A stretch of 29,672 bases of DNA from an archaeon (GCA_024275415.1 JAJRZD010000006.1:1-29672); one strand, 5' to 3'; counted from the stretch's first letter, positions 8,341 through 17,439 are shown. The notes: a model not told the origin generated them from the sequence alone. Numbers and translations: made by a program.

Positions 8341-8577
8341 TGTGTATTCTCTCGTTAGTGCGAATTGCAGGGGAATCAAAAACAAGATGCGTAACGGAAA
8401 TGTGAAAGAGGGTCTACCAGATTCGTTGCTTCCTTACAGCCCCTTTGAGTTTGCTTTCCTGCATTTCTATTCTTGTTGTTTAGTCCTTATTACTTTGTCC
8501 TTTTTTGTCAGCTATTTAAGAACTACAAAAGATGCCAGAGGTGAATAAAATGTAACGGGCGTAGTTAGAACAGAAAC

Positions 8578-9240
8578 TCATTTCCTCTTGGCATACTTCT
8601 TGAGGTAGTATTGCCTCATGAAGTGAGCGTCGAACTTGCTTATCGTCTTGGCACCACCCAAGAACTCTGCTTCAATAAATGCCTTACACGCCTTCTCTAG
8701 AACGAACGTACATGTGAATGCCTCATCCATATCTCGTCCAAGACAAACTGCACCATGATTTGCCATAAGTGCCGCATTCCGTCCCTTTAGAGCCTTCATT
8801 GTCTTCTTGACAATTTTCTTGGTAGCTGGGAGAGCATATTCAGCCACACGGATAGTTGGGCCAATGATTTGAACCATATCATCTAGAATGGGAGGAACCT
8901 CTCGCCTAGCGACTGCAACAGTGGACGCATTCATCGAGTGCGAATGGATGACAGCACCAATCTCTTCTCGTTCTCGATAAATAGCGATGTGGAGCTTTAT
9001 CTCAGCGGAAGGTTTGTGCCGTCCATCCCAAACAATATCATTAGAGCTGAAATCGACGACAACAATATCATCAGGTATAAGGAGTTCATAGCTCATCCCT
9101 GAAGGTGTTATCGCCATCCTGTCTGCATCGATCCTGCATGAGATGTTGCCCCATGTTCCCCCAACTAGATTATGCTCAAAGAGCTTCTTGCCTGCAGCAC
9201 ACACAATGCTTCGGGCTTGGTTCACATCCATTCCAATCAC
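8578..9240 (-). CDS. Class II aldolase/adducin-family protein (FucA/AraD/MtnB-like), about 217-220 aa
   Basis: GTWGNIS, ITPSG, PSAE (catalytic Glu), HIAIY, VIHSHS and NHG (three Zn-binding His). Substrate cannot be assigned. Likely start is ATG 9231 or GTG 9240. Confidence 0.9.
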   Translation of the reverse strand: MIGMDVNQARSIVCAAGKKLFEHNLVGGTWGNISCRIDADRMAITPSGMSYELLIPDDIVVVDFSSNDIVWDGRHKPSAEIKLHIAIYREREEIGAVIHSHSMNASTVAVARREVPPILDDMVQIIGPTIRVAEYALPATKKIVKKTMKALKGRNAALMANHGAVCLGRDMDEAFTCTFVLEKACKAFIEAEFLGGAKTISKFDAHFMRQYYLKKYAKRK

Positions 9241-9420
9241 TAGAGTAAGGTAGCCTGCCTCGCTTCATTAGCATTGCTATGAATACCTCTTCTGGTAGAG
9301 GGTTTGAACGAATCACAAAGCTAAAAGCAGATTTGAAACCAGTATGCATCAAAAAGGCAACCTCAGTTGACCAATCCTTTTTCTTCAAAGCATGTTTGGT
9401 GGTAGGCGGAGGTGTAACAG

Positions 9421-10224
9421 ATGACTGGAGCCCTCGTATTTAGAAACATGACGAAAGATGATTGGGAGGAGTTCCACGTTTTTGACCTCATTGTATTTCC
9501 AAGTGACACAATGGCTAAGGAAGCATTCATGAGAGGAGTCGAACGAGGCTCTTTTTTTGCACTTCGTCTGGCAGGGAACATAATTGGCCAACTTTTCCTT
9601 TCTCCTTTTGGAGAGGACGAAGGCTATATAGGAAGAATTGCTATATCTCCAGAGCATCAGGGCAAAGGATATGGAAAAGGTTTCATGAGTCATGCGATAA
9701 AATGGCTGAAGAACCAAGGGATTAGAAAGGCGCATCTATACACTCAGGATCACAATGAGCGAGCTCAAGCATTGTATAAGCAATTCGGGTTCAAAAAGAG
9801 TGGAAGTGCTTGGCATTATTTTGTTCCGCTGGCATCACTGTGCCCAAGTGGACATTACAGTTGTACACCTATCAGGTCTGAAGAGATTGATATCGTTGGT
9901 AAGAAATATCAATCGTTGCCTGCGAAACAGATTCGACATTTTCTCAAGTCATCAGAGCATCTCGTCTTCACGCTTAAGAACAACAAAGAAGTAATTATCG
10001 GAGCGTGTAGATTCACGCCAAGCTTTCCAGGATGCTTCCCTTTCGAGATTGAAGATACATCTGCATTCGATGATTTTCTCCACGGGCTGAAGCCTCATGC
10101 AAGCCCTGAATTTGACTATATCAGAATAGTTCTCCAAGACAATGATAAATTAGCAGAGGTATGCCAGAAACGGGGATACAGATTGCACCACAGGCTCATC
10201 AAGATGACCGCGAACATTTCTTAG
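9421..10224 (+). CDS. GNAT-family N-acetyltransferase with a second degenerate GNAT-like half, 267 aa
   Basis: Motif A IGRIAISPEHQGKGYGK and motif B NERAQALYKQFGF in the N-terminal ~130 aa. The C-terminal half has an alpha/beta pattern without the QxxGxG loop. Confidence 0.85.
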   Translation: MTGALVFRNMTKDDWEEFHVFDLIVFPSDTMAKEAFMRGVERGSFFALRLAGNIIGQLFLSPFGEDEGYIGRIAISPEHQGKGYGKGFMSHAIKWLKNQGIRKAHLYTQDHNERAQALYKQFGFKKSGSAWHYFVPLASLCPSGHYSCTPIRSEEIDIVGKKYQSLPAKQIRHFLKSSEHLVFTLKNNKEVIIGACRFTPSFPGCFPFEIEDTSAFDDFLHGLKPHASPEFDYIRIVLQDNDKLAEVCQKRGYRLHHRLIKMTANIS

Positions 10225-10308
10225 ACCATCATGAAGGATTCGCCAACTATCTGGAACAAAGAGGTGACAGGTCACATTGTCCAACTTTCAATCAACGATT
10301 CACTAGAA

Positions 10309-11865
10309 TCAACGTGGGATCGTGAATGTGAACCGTGAGCCTTTCCCAACTTTGCTTTCGACGGTAATACTGCCTCCATGCATCTCAACCATCGATTTTG
10401 TGATCCAAAGTCCAAGACCCGTTCCACGAACCGACTCGACATATGGGTTGCTAGAACGATAGAATTTCTCAAAGAGATGTTCAAGATCCTCTGAACTCAT
10501 CCCAATCCCGGTATCTTCGACTGAAACCGCAATTGCTGATTTTCGTTTCCTGACTGTTACAGTGACTCTTCCCCCTTCCTTCGTATACTTGATTGCATTG
10601 GACATCAAATTCAGCAGGATTTGTGAAAGCCTATTGGGATCTGCTTTTATTTCAAGTGGGGATTTCGGAATTCTTGTCTGTAAGCGAATCCTCTTTTCGC
10701 TAGCCTGGGGCGAGAGTCGCTCAATCACATCCTCAATTGAAGATCGCAGGTCAACCTCTACAAGTTTGATGCGGACGGCACCAGATTCGATCTTTGAAAC
10801 TTCCAGAAGGTCGTTCACCAAGTCGCTAAGGTAATTTGCATTACGAGAAACTGTATTGAGAAACTGTCTTTGGTCATCACTAAGTTCTCCTGTATCGCCA
10901 TCAAGCATCATTTCAGTATAACCACGTATAGAAGTCAACGGAGTCCTGAATTCGTGAGTAATGTGAGAGATGAACTCTGTTTTTAGACGTTCCACTTCAC
11001 GTTCACGCGTTACATCACGAAGCACGACAAGAGACCCTATGTATTCCTCGGATTTGCTTTTCACTGGCGATGCGTATATCTCCAAGTTTCGTTTTTGAGG
11101 CCAGACCTGTGTATAGGTCGCTTGTTCGGTGAAAGTGCTTTCCGTTGATGTGAAATACTTGGAAAGAACTTCATTAGCGTTCTCAAATGCTTTTTGAAGG
11201 TGTGAATGGAGTGCCTCTGTGGTAATGGACGAATCAGAGGTGTATTGGACAAGGAACATGTCTTCAAAGCTACGGTTGAACCACAGGATGTCATGTTGAT
11301 TTGAGATGAGTACCATCGCTTCACCTGTTGCATTGAGAATGGCATCCTTTTCAGTTCGGGCATTTTCCAGTGCAGTTGTCGCTTCTTTCAACTCCTTCAT
11401 GAGTGGCATGAGGGTTGTCAGCAACTCGTTCTGTTTCTCTTCTGACTGCTTCAATCTTTCTTGCAATTCCATCTCACGAGTGATATCTTCATAGAGTGCA
11501 ATAAAGTGGGTTATCCCCTGTTTTCTTTTTTTGAATGGGATAATTCTAAGGCGGAGATGAAGTAGGCTTCCATTTCGGTCACGGTTGGTCACTTGACCTT
11601 CCCAAATCTTGCCCTTCGTAATGGTCTTCCATAGTTTGCCATAGAATCGATTATCATGTACTTGGGATTTGAATATCTCCGGCGTCATTCCGACGATATC
11701 TGCAACAGAATATCCTGTGAGGTCTCCGAACCTTTCGCTGCCCCAGAGAATGATGCCGTTAGAATCTGTGATGAATGCAGGGACTGCACTTAGAACAGAA
11801 TGGATGAGATACTCCCACTCTTCGTGTCGTAATGTGGATGGAGGCGCCACTGTCAATATCATCAC
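10309..11865 (-). CDS. PAS-PAS sensor histidine kinase (canonical HisKA plus HATPase_c), up to 518 aa
   Basis: H-box ITHEFRTPLTSIRGY, N box NLMSNAIKY, G1 DTGIG, F box LFEKFYR, G2 GTGLGL. Two PAS domains with a coiled coil between them. Starts immediately after the helicase stop (GTG 11865, ATG 11862 or TTG 11856 behind AGGTGA). Confidence 0.92.
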   Translation of the reverse strand: MMILTVAPPSTLRHEEWEYLIHSVLSAVPAFITDSNGIILWGSERFGDLTGYSVADIVGMTPEIFKSQVHDNRFYGKLWKTITKGKIWEGQVTNRDRNGSLLHLRLRIIPFKKRKQGITHFIALYEDITREMELQERLKQSEEKQNELLTTLMPLMKELKEATTALENARTEKDAILNATGEAMVLISNQHDILWFNRSFEDMFLVQYTSDSSITTEALHSHLQKAFENANEVLSKYFTSTESTFTEQATYTQVWPQKRNLEIYASPVKSKSEEYIGSLVVLRDVTREREVERLKTEFISHITHEFRTPLTSIRGYTEMMLDGDTGELSDDQRQFLNTVSRNANYLSDLVNDLLEVSKIESGAVRIKLVEVDLRSSIEDVIERLSPQASEKRIRLQTRIPKSPLEIKADPNRLSQILLNLMSNAIKYTKEGGRVTVTVRKRKSAIAVSVEDTGIGMSSEDLEHLFEKFYRSSNPYVESVRGTGLGLWITKSMVEMHGGSITVESKVGKGSRFTFTIPR

Positions 11866-14800
11866 CTATCCAAGTACTGCCTGAATCCAGCCCTTGATGA
11901 TCAATGGATCTTTCTCCCGAAGAAGTTTGGCAAGGTGCAGCTTCAATTGCGAGGGTGAATGTTCTCTGGGATCCTTGACATAGACTAATGGTGCATGTGC
12001 TTCGCCCTTTGAACATTCCCCAGTAAAGGGATGGACTGAGTAACTATGGGAGTGCTTTCTAGCGATATTCTGCTTTCTGTGCCATGTATTTGTCCGACGC
12101 CGATATCGAATCTGAGAATTAGATCCCATGGCCTTCACTAGCTCGTAAATATGAGTGACTTTATTTCTTGACTCCATCAGCTCAACAGCAAGCTGAATCC
12201 GTTCATCTTGTGTGAATCTGGCAAGGTTCCCTTGTGATATCTTCTTGGAAAGATCGACTCCCCCATTAACAGTATAGTCCAGATTGGAAACCCGAACCTG
12301 CTTTTCCGTGTGTACATTTTGAAGTAACTTCTTTTCGGATTCCTCAAGGCTGACATCCAAATGTTTTGAGCCGTCCGTATTATTCTCAGCTTCTGAGAAG
12401 CCAAGCAGCCGAATCATTAGCTCGTAACATTCTCTGTTCCATGTACGCAAGGCTCGCATCGTCCTACCTCGAAGCTGCTGCCATGCTGTAACATTCCGCG
12501 TTGTAGTAGCATCGATGAGTAGGTTTGGTGTGATCACGTTCCACCCTGTCCGCGCCCATCCGGAAACTATGATGGTATTCAATGACAACTCAGGGGCGTC
12601 AACAACACGAGCTGCAAGATCGTACATGAGTTGTTTGCGATCACCTTGAGCCATCCGGACAACAAAGAACTTCTGAACCTTTCCATCAGCCTGTTCCAAT
12701 GTCGCTAGATGTGGTTTCTTGAATTTATAGGCGATAATCGCGTAATCAACGAATGTCCCTAACCATTTCCTGATATGTGAATTCTGTAATGTCAATCGAC
12801 TCTTGAGCAACAGGGCTTCTGATGGGATGCTCTCGTCCAATGCATTTCGTAGTTCCTCAAGGATAATATTCTCGAAAACATTTGGAGGTGGAGCTCTGTA
12901 CCTAGAAGAAATCTTGAGGAATTCACGAAATCTCTTCCTGAATCTGAGTGCGAGAATCTCCAGTGCATCTTGATTCTCAGCACATTCCCTAGAAAGGATT
13001 GAGAGAAATGCTTCACCTAATTCCTCATTCAGTATTTTCTTTCGAATGAAATCGGAAATCTGTAGAGGTATCGGATTGCTCTCGGCCCAAGGCATATACA
13101 TCTCGCTTGAGAGAACTGCAAGCGGTTTCAGATTACGTTTTCCCAGCAGCTGGGCGAAGATTCCCGCAACACCTGCATAACCCGGATTCGTCGTTCCTTG
13201 CTCCCAGCGTATTCTCTTTCCGGTTCCAAAAACGATAGTCCCGGTCACCCTTCGCGCCATACTCTCGGCTCGGATAATCGAGTGGATGGAATCAACAATT
13301 CCCTCGCCCATCCGGTAGTATATACTTCTGAGTGCACTGAAAAGACCTACAATACTTGTAGAGATGATAGAACGAATCTGCGATCGCTTTGAAGCCTTTG
13401 TCAAGCCATCATCCTGAATTACCCTCTCAATACGGTGAAAATCAAAAGTTGAACCAAATCCAGGTTGTTTCAGGAGTTTGACAATGTCAGAATAAAAAAT
13501 CCAGTTCTGCAAGTCGCTTCTGATTGTTTCGATATCGTGAATGATTTTCTCGTACTTGCTTAATGTCATCCCACGGTTGACTGGTTCTATGGTCGAGATC
13601 TTTTGCATTACCAACGCTTCGTCTGAGAGTTTCTCATAGACTTGGATGATTGTGATAATGGACAACTCATTCAGGGTTATGGCACCGCTTCGTTCCCACT
13701 TTCTCAAACGGCTCCGTATTGCTCGGTTCCTGTTCTTACGCCCCTCGTACATACCGAGGACATTTCTGGCGATGTACACGCGCTCAGCTGATGGTATCGC
13801 TGCAAATCTCTGCTTGATGAACTCAGTGTCTAGAAGATTCACGTAGCTTCGAATTAATTCCTTGTACCTGTCTAATAGTGCAAGAACCTTCTTCTCTCGG
13901 TCAGAATGCGTGAATGGGATACCCAGCTCGGCGAATGGTGCGACAAATCCATATGCGATGAGATCAGCCGTCGGCATGACATAGACGAGCTTCAGACCCA
14001 CTTCTTCGAATCTCTCACGATAGGCATCTGCGGTTCCTGAGAAACCTATCAATCCTTCAAGGCTCCCGTCCTTCAGCCAATCCACAAGAAGTCTTGTGAC
14101 TCCGGCCGATACGCTTTGAAGGTTTTCAACAACTTTATGCACTTCGTCCAATACTATATTCCTGATATTGGCACCTTGAAGGAATTTCTCGACTGAAACG
14201 TGGTCGAACCCGCCCTTTCCTTTTGGCGAGCCAAGCTGTGCCAGAGATGTATATGTCATTATCAGGACAGGTGGTGTGTAACCATCCCGTTTCCGTTTAT
14301 CAAGATACGCAGATGGAGACCCGGCATACACCAAGTCAGGTGATAGACCCAGGCCAATATCATTGTAACACAGTTCACGCACCCACTGCTGTTCGTAGTT
14401 TACGGTTGGAACAAGAACAAGAATCGACTCTCCGGAAGATAATGATGTCAGCCAGTCTTGGATTGCCATCATCCCAATCAATGTCTTTCCTGAACCTGTC
14501 GGAGCCTCAATCACATGACCCTGATACCCATGTGCTCGGAAGATAGAGAATGCTTCTCGTTGATAAGGCCGAGGTGTCTGTGAGCCGATTAGATCCCTAC
14601 AGTGAAAGCGATTCATTAGTGTCTCACGAACTTCTGTCCCAAGAAGGTCTGAAACCGTAGCAACAAAGAGTTCGGAAACAACAATCCCACAACTTGTTTC
14701 TTGTTCGAAGAATCCATGAAACTCTTGAATCTTGTTCATAATATTAGAAATCCCAATAAAGCCTTTCCTTTCAAACCGCTGGTATATTTCTCGTCCGAGA

Positions 14801-15441
14801 AACGCCTGCAAGCTAGCATCATCTAAGTTTGTGGATTTGTAGACTCTTCGAGTTCTCTTGTATGTATTATCTACCTTCAGTACATGTCCCTTTGCCTCAA
14901 GCTCCCCAAGCAATCTTTTGATATCGTTCTTTCGAATCCCTGTGAGAAAGGTATGAGAGAGGATGTACTTGGTGAGAGCATCTATCGATTGCGGTTGTGA
15001 CGAGTTGGACAAGGCTTTGACAAGCAAATCCTTGATGATTTGTTTTTTGAGTGTGGTGTCAATGGTCAATGGCAAGGGAATCGAGTTGGGAGCGGCTGCA
15101 TACATATCGTAGATTGGCGTCTTAAGAGCCATGAGGCTTCTAAGCGAAGAAACAATCAGTACAGAACTCTGTCTAAGATATCCCTCTCGAAATGCCATCA
15201 TCGCTCTGTTGTAGTAATCAATGAGTGCATAGAATCTACTTTTCATCCCTGCAACGTTACCCTGCCTGACGCTTTCCTCAAATTCTCTATGTACCCTTGA
15301 CGCAAAGGATTGAGCTTGCCAATAGTCCACAGTAATTCTTTGATCACATCTTTGCCCGAGGAGTTGATCGATAGCGGATTCGAAGAACTGAGCCCTTTCA
15401 TCAACTTCAGTTTTCTTCTTGTGAAATCCCTCTTCAAGCAT
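11866..15441 (-). CDS. Large superfamily-2 (DExH, ResIII/XPB-like) helicase/translocase with N-terminal helical and winged-helix extension, 1191 aa
   Basis: Q-motif PRPYQREA, Walker A APTGSGKT (14482-14505), Ia VLVPT, Walker B DEVH (14137-14148), III FSGT, V GWARTGWN, VI WQQLRGRTMR. There are ~290 aa before the core and ~480 aa inserted between motifs III and V. Confidence 0.85.
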   Translation of the reverse strand: MLEEGFHKKKTEVDERAQFFESAIDQLLGQRCDQRITVDYWQAQSFASRVHREFEESVRQGNVAGMKSRFYALIDYYNRAMMAFREGYLRQSSVLIVSSLRSLMALKTPIYDMYAAAPNSIPLPLTIDTTLKKQIIKDLLVKALSNSSQPQSIDALTKYILSHTFLTGIRKNDIKRLLGELEAKGHVLKVDNTYKRTRRVYKSTNLDDASLQAFLGREIYQRFERKGFIGISNIMNKIQEFHGFFEQETSCGIVVSELFVATVSDLLGTEVRETLMNRFHCRDLIGSQTPRPYQREAFSIFRAHGYQGHVIEAPTGSGKTLIGMMAIQDWLTSLSSGESILVLVPTVNYEQQWVRELCYNDIGLGLSPDLVYAGSPSAYLDKRKRDGYTPPVLIMTYTSLAQLGSPKGKGGFDHVSVEKFLQGANIRNIVLDEVHKVVENLQSVSAGVTRLLVDWLKDGSLEGLIGFSGTADAYRERFEEVGLKLVYVMPTADLIAYGFVAPFAELGIPFTHSDREKKVLALLDRYKELIRSYVNLLDTEFIKQRFAAIPSAERVYIARNVLGMYEGRKNRNRAIRSRLRKWERSGAITLNELSIITIIQVYEKLSDEALVMQKISTIEPVNRGMTLSKYEKIIHDIETIRSDLQNWIFYSDIVKLLKQPGFGSTFDFHRIERVIQDDGLTKASKRSQIRSIISTSIVGLFSALRSIYYRMGEGIVDSIHSIIRAESMARRVTGTIVFGTGKRIRWEQGTTNPGYAGVAGIFAQLLGKRNLKPLAVLSSEMYMPWAESNPIPLQISDFIRKKILNEELGEAFLSILSRECAENQDALEILALRFRKRFREFLKISSRYRAPPPNVFENIILEELRNALDESIPSEALLLKSRLTLQNSHIRKWLGTFVDYAIIAYKFKKPHLATLEQADGKVQKFFVVRMAQGDRKQLMYDLAARVVDAPELSLNTIIVSGWARTGWNVITPNLLIDATTTRNVTAWQQLRGRTMRALRTWNRECYELMIRLLGFSEAENNTDGSKHLDVSLEESEKKLLQNVHTEKQVRVSNLDYTVNGGVDLSKKISQGNLARFTQDERIQLAVELMESRNKVTHIYELVKAMGSNSQIRYRRRTNTWHRKQNIARKHSHSYSVHPFTGECSKGEAHAPLVYVKDPREHSPSQLKLHLAKLLREKDPLIIKGWIQAVLG

Positions 15442-15454
15442 CTCATATCATTCC

Positions 15455-16087
15455 TCATCGGGTGTAGCAGCTAGTTGCGAAATCATGTTCTGCTGGCTGC
15501 TTTCGTTTTATGAGCACAACATTCACACGCTCGATTAGTTCTCTGGGGCTGAACGGTTTCGTGATATAGTCGTCAGCTCCAGATGAAAGCCCTTTCACCA
15601 TATCTGCGTCTTCGGATTTTGCTGTCAGCATGATTACAGCAGGTGCAGCATCTCCAAGCTTGGATTTGATCTCTGATACCACCTGATACCCATCTTTTCC
15701 AGGCATCATTACATCGACAATCACAACCTCTGGTTTATACATGAACACCTTCTTTATTCCTTCAATCCCATCGGACGCCGTAATTACTTCAAACCCGTCC
15801 TTGGAAAGTTTAATTTGAATGAGCCTGCGTATGTCTGCTTCATCGTCAATTGCAACGATTCGGATAGCATCGGATGGTTCAACCTCTGTGTAGTCTTTAG
15901 ATTTCAAGATACGATAAAGAAGAAACGTTCCTACTAGAATGAAGACAATGCCAGCTGTATTTAGACTGGTTCCAAAAACGGGGTCAATAGAGATACTTGT
16001 AGTCAGAACGAGAATGATTAGTAGTGTTCCAGTTATGAAGAGCACCAGAGACGACAGGATACCGATGTGTTTCATTGAATCTCGCAC
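15455..16087 (-). CDS. Membrane-anchored response regulator: two N-terminal TM helices plus one REC domain, about 210 aa
   Basis: Hydrophobic IGILSSLVLFITGTLLIILVL and TAGIVFILVGTFLLY, then REC with IDDE, phospho-Asp IVDVMMPG, MLTA and ITKPFSPREL. Start placed at GTG 16087 behind the strong SD AGAGGTGATCC (16099-16089). The longer ORF from 16165 runs through AT-rich promoter-like DNA. Confidence 0.8.
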   Translation of the reverse strand: MRDSMKHIGILSSLVLFITGTLLIILVLTTSISIDPVFGTSLNTAGIVFILVGTFLLYRILKSKDYTEVEPSDAIRIVAIDDEADIRRLIQIKLSKDGFEVITASDGIEGIKKVFMYKPEVVIVDVMMPGKDGYQVVSEIKSKLGDAAPAVIMLTAKSEDADMVKGLSSGADDYITKPFSPRELIERVNVVLIKRKQPAEHDFATSCYTR

Positions 16088-16088
16088 T

Positions 16089-16160
16089 GGATCACCTCTA
16101 TTATTTAGGATATTAGACATAAAATAATGATATATTTGGTTATTATGTATATTTGCGACT
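16089..16160 (-). promoter_or_regulatory. AT-rich promoter-like segment and SD for the TM-REC / helicase / kinase unit
   Basis: Minus strand reads aaatatacataataaccaaatatatcattattttatgtctaatatcctaaataatagaggtgatcc. AGGTGATCC is complementary to the conserved 16S rRNA 3' end. Confidence 0.5.
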
Positions 16161-16161
16161 T

Positions 16162-17439
16162 TCATAGAATGACGTCCGACAGATAACGTCCGTACTTGTC
16201 ATGGCAACGTTTCCTAATTGGATCAAGCACCTCTTTCTCTACATCAATCCTAGTTTCTGCTGCGAGAAGTTCCGAAATGATGTCCATGACTTTGTCAATT
16301 CCTTCATAGATGTCATTTAGGTCTGTAGGCGTTGTATCTGCCTCAAGAGGATAGACCAATGTGGAGTCTGCTCTCACCGAGAATGTTCCAACGCGAGGAA
16401 GTTCATCAATAAGATAATCGATGGCTTGATCGAGATATGATTTTGCTGTTGAACTCCCAACAAGGTTTGCACACGCCTGTAGGAATTGCGAGAGAATGCA
16501 ATCGTTTAGCAGCAATATTCGACGTTCTAATGGGATTCGCTGAATGAAACCATTACTGATGAGGCGACCAAGTTCAAGCAATAGCTCTTCGTTCTCACGT
16601 ATGCCCAGTTCTTTGAGAATTTCGGTCACAGTCTTTCTACCGTCCAACTTGGTCAGGAAACGCAAGAGATTATGGGATAGAGAATATGGATTACCTTTCG
16701 CGAATAGCAATGTCGAAGACCCCTCAGAAAGAGACAAGATATCTTCACCATCAGGAATCGAGATAACCTTCGCTGCATGGTTCCAGAATGCCCTCGAAAC
16801 GAACTCCTTCGCATCATTGATGCTTATCTTCTGATGCTGTGCTATCTCTTGTATCGAATTCCAATCCTCACTTTGCAAGAGGGTCTTGGTGACTTTGTAG
16901 ACCGTGGATGGCCGACCAAGTTCTCGTAACTTCTCTCTCCAATCAGGAGGCTTGATGACTATCGCCCTGTTGGAGATATAGTCGCTAGTGAACACTCTCC
17001 GGACGTAAGCATCGAACTCCTTGAAAAGGGTGCCTCGTACATGATCCATATCCCGCAGGAGCTGGAAGCTCTCCTCAAACTCCTGAACGATGCGTCGGAG
17101 TTTACTTCGTGCTTCGCTTGTTTCTCGCTGAACAGCAAGGACTCCAAGGCACCATTCGCCTCCTTCAACAATTAGGGTTGCATTAGACCCGTAGACGGTC
17201 TTCCATGCACGTTGGTTTTTCCCGATGAGCTCACCCATGAAGCTCGAGATAGCCGAGATGAGACCAGACAGTAGCTGTGGATCCTGACCACTTGTCACAA
17301 ACTCGTGTGAATAGGGACAAACACCAGATTCGCGGTTCAGGATGAATACGACTATTTCGTTACACTGTATTTCGCCACCGAGTTCTGCTGCATCAAACCC
17401 AGCATCCCTCAGAGAAGATGCAACTTCATTCATAACCAT
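16162..17439 (-). CDS. Asgard-type longin-like domain protein with two predicted winged-helix domains, 425 aa
   Basis: N-terminal VVFILNRESGVCPYSHEF...DPQLLSGLISAISSFMGEL...LIVEGGEWCLGVLAV...ARSKLRRIVQEFEESF is the beta-beta-alpha-beta-beta-beta-alpha longin pattern. It is followed by wHTH-like SIQEIAQHQKISINDAKEFVSRAFW and LDGRKTVTEILKELG...LGRLISNGFIQRI. SD GAGG lies upstream of ATG 17439. Confidence 0.7.
   Translation of the reverse strand: MVMNEVASSLRDAGFDAAELGGEIQCNEIVVFILNRESGVCPYSHEFVTSGQDPQLLSGLISAISSFMGELIGKNQRAWKTVYGSNATLIVEGGEWCLGVLAVQRETSEARSKLRRIVQEFEESFQLLRDMDHVRGTLFKEFDAYVRRVFTSDYISNRAIVIKPPDWREKLRELGRPSTVYKVTKTLLQSEDWNSIQEIAQHQKISINDAKEFVSRAFWNHAAKVISIPDGEDILSLSEGSSTLLFAKGNPYSLSHNLLRFLTKLDGRKTVTEILKELGIRENEELLLELGRLISNGFIQRIPLERRILLLNDCILSQFLQACANLVGSSTAKSYLDQAIDYLIDELPRVGTFSVRADSTLVYPLEADTTPTDLNDIYEGIDKVMDIISELLAAETRIDVEKEVLDPIRKRCHDKYGRYLSDVIL

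Noticed and set aside
11866-15441. Type III or type I restriction-modification system
   Set aside because: The helicase is ResIII-like, but there is no methyltransferase or specificity gene nearby and I could not identify a PD-(D/E)xK or HNH nuclease motif.
16088-16165. N-terminal extension MKVANIHNNQIYHYF... of the TM-REC protein, coupled by ATGA overlap to the longin gene
   Set aside because: The segment is very AT-rich and promoter-like, and a strong SD sits before GTG 16087. It is not fully excluded, because the ATGA overlap is real.
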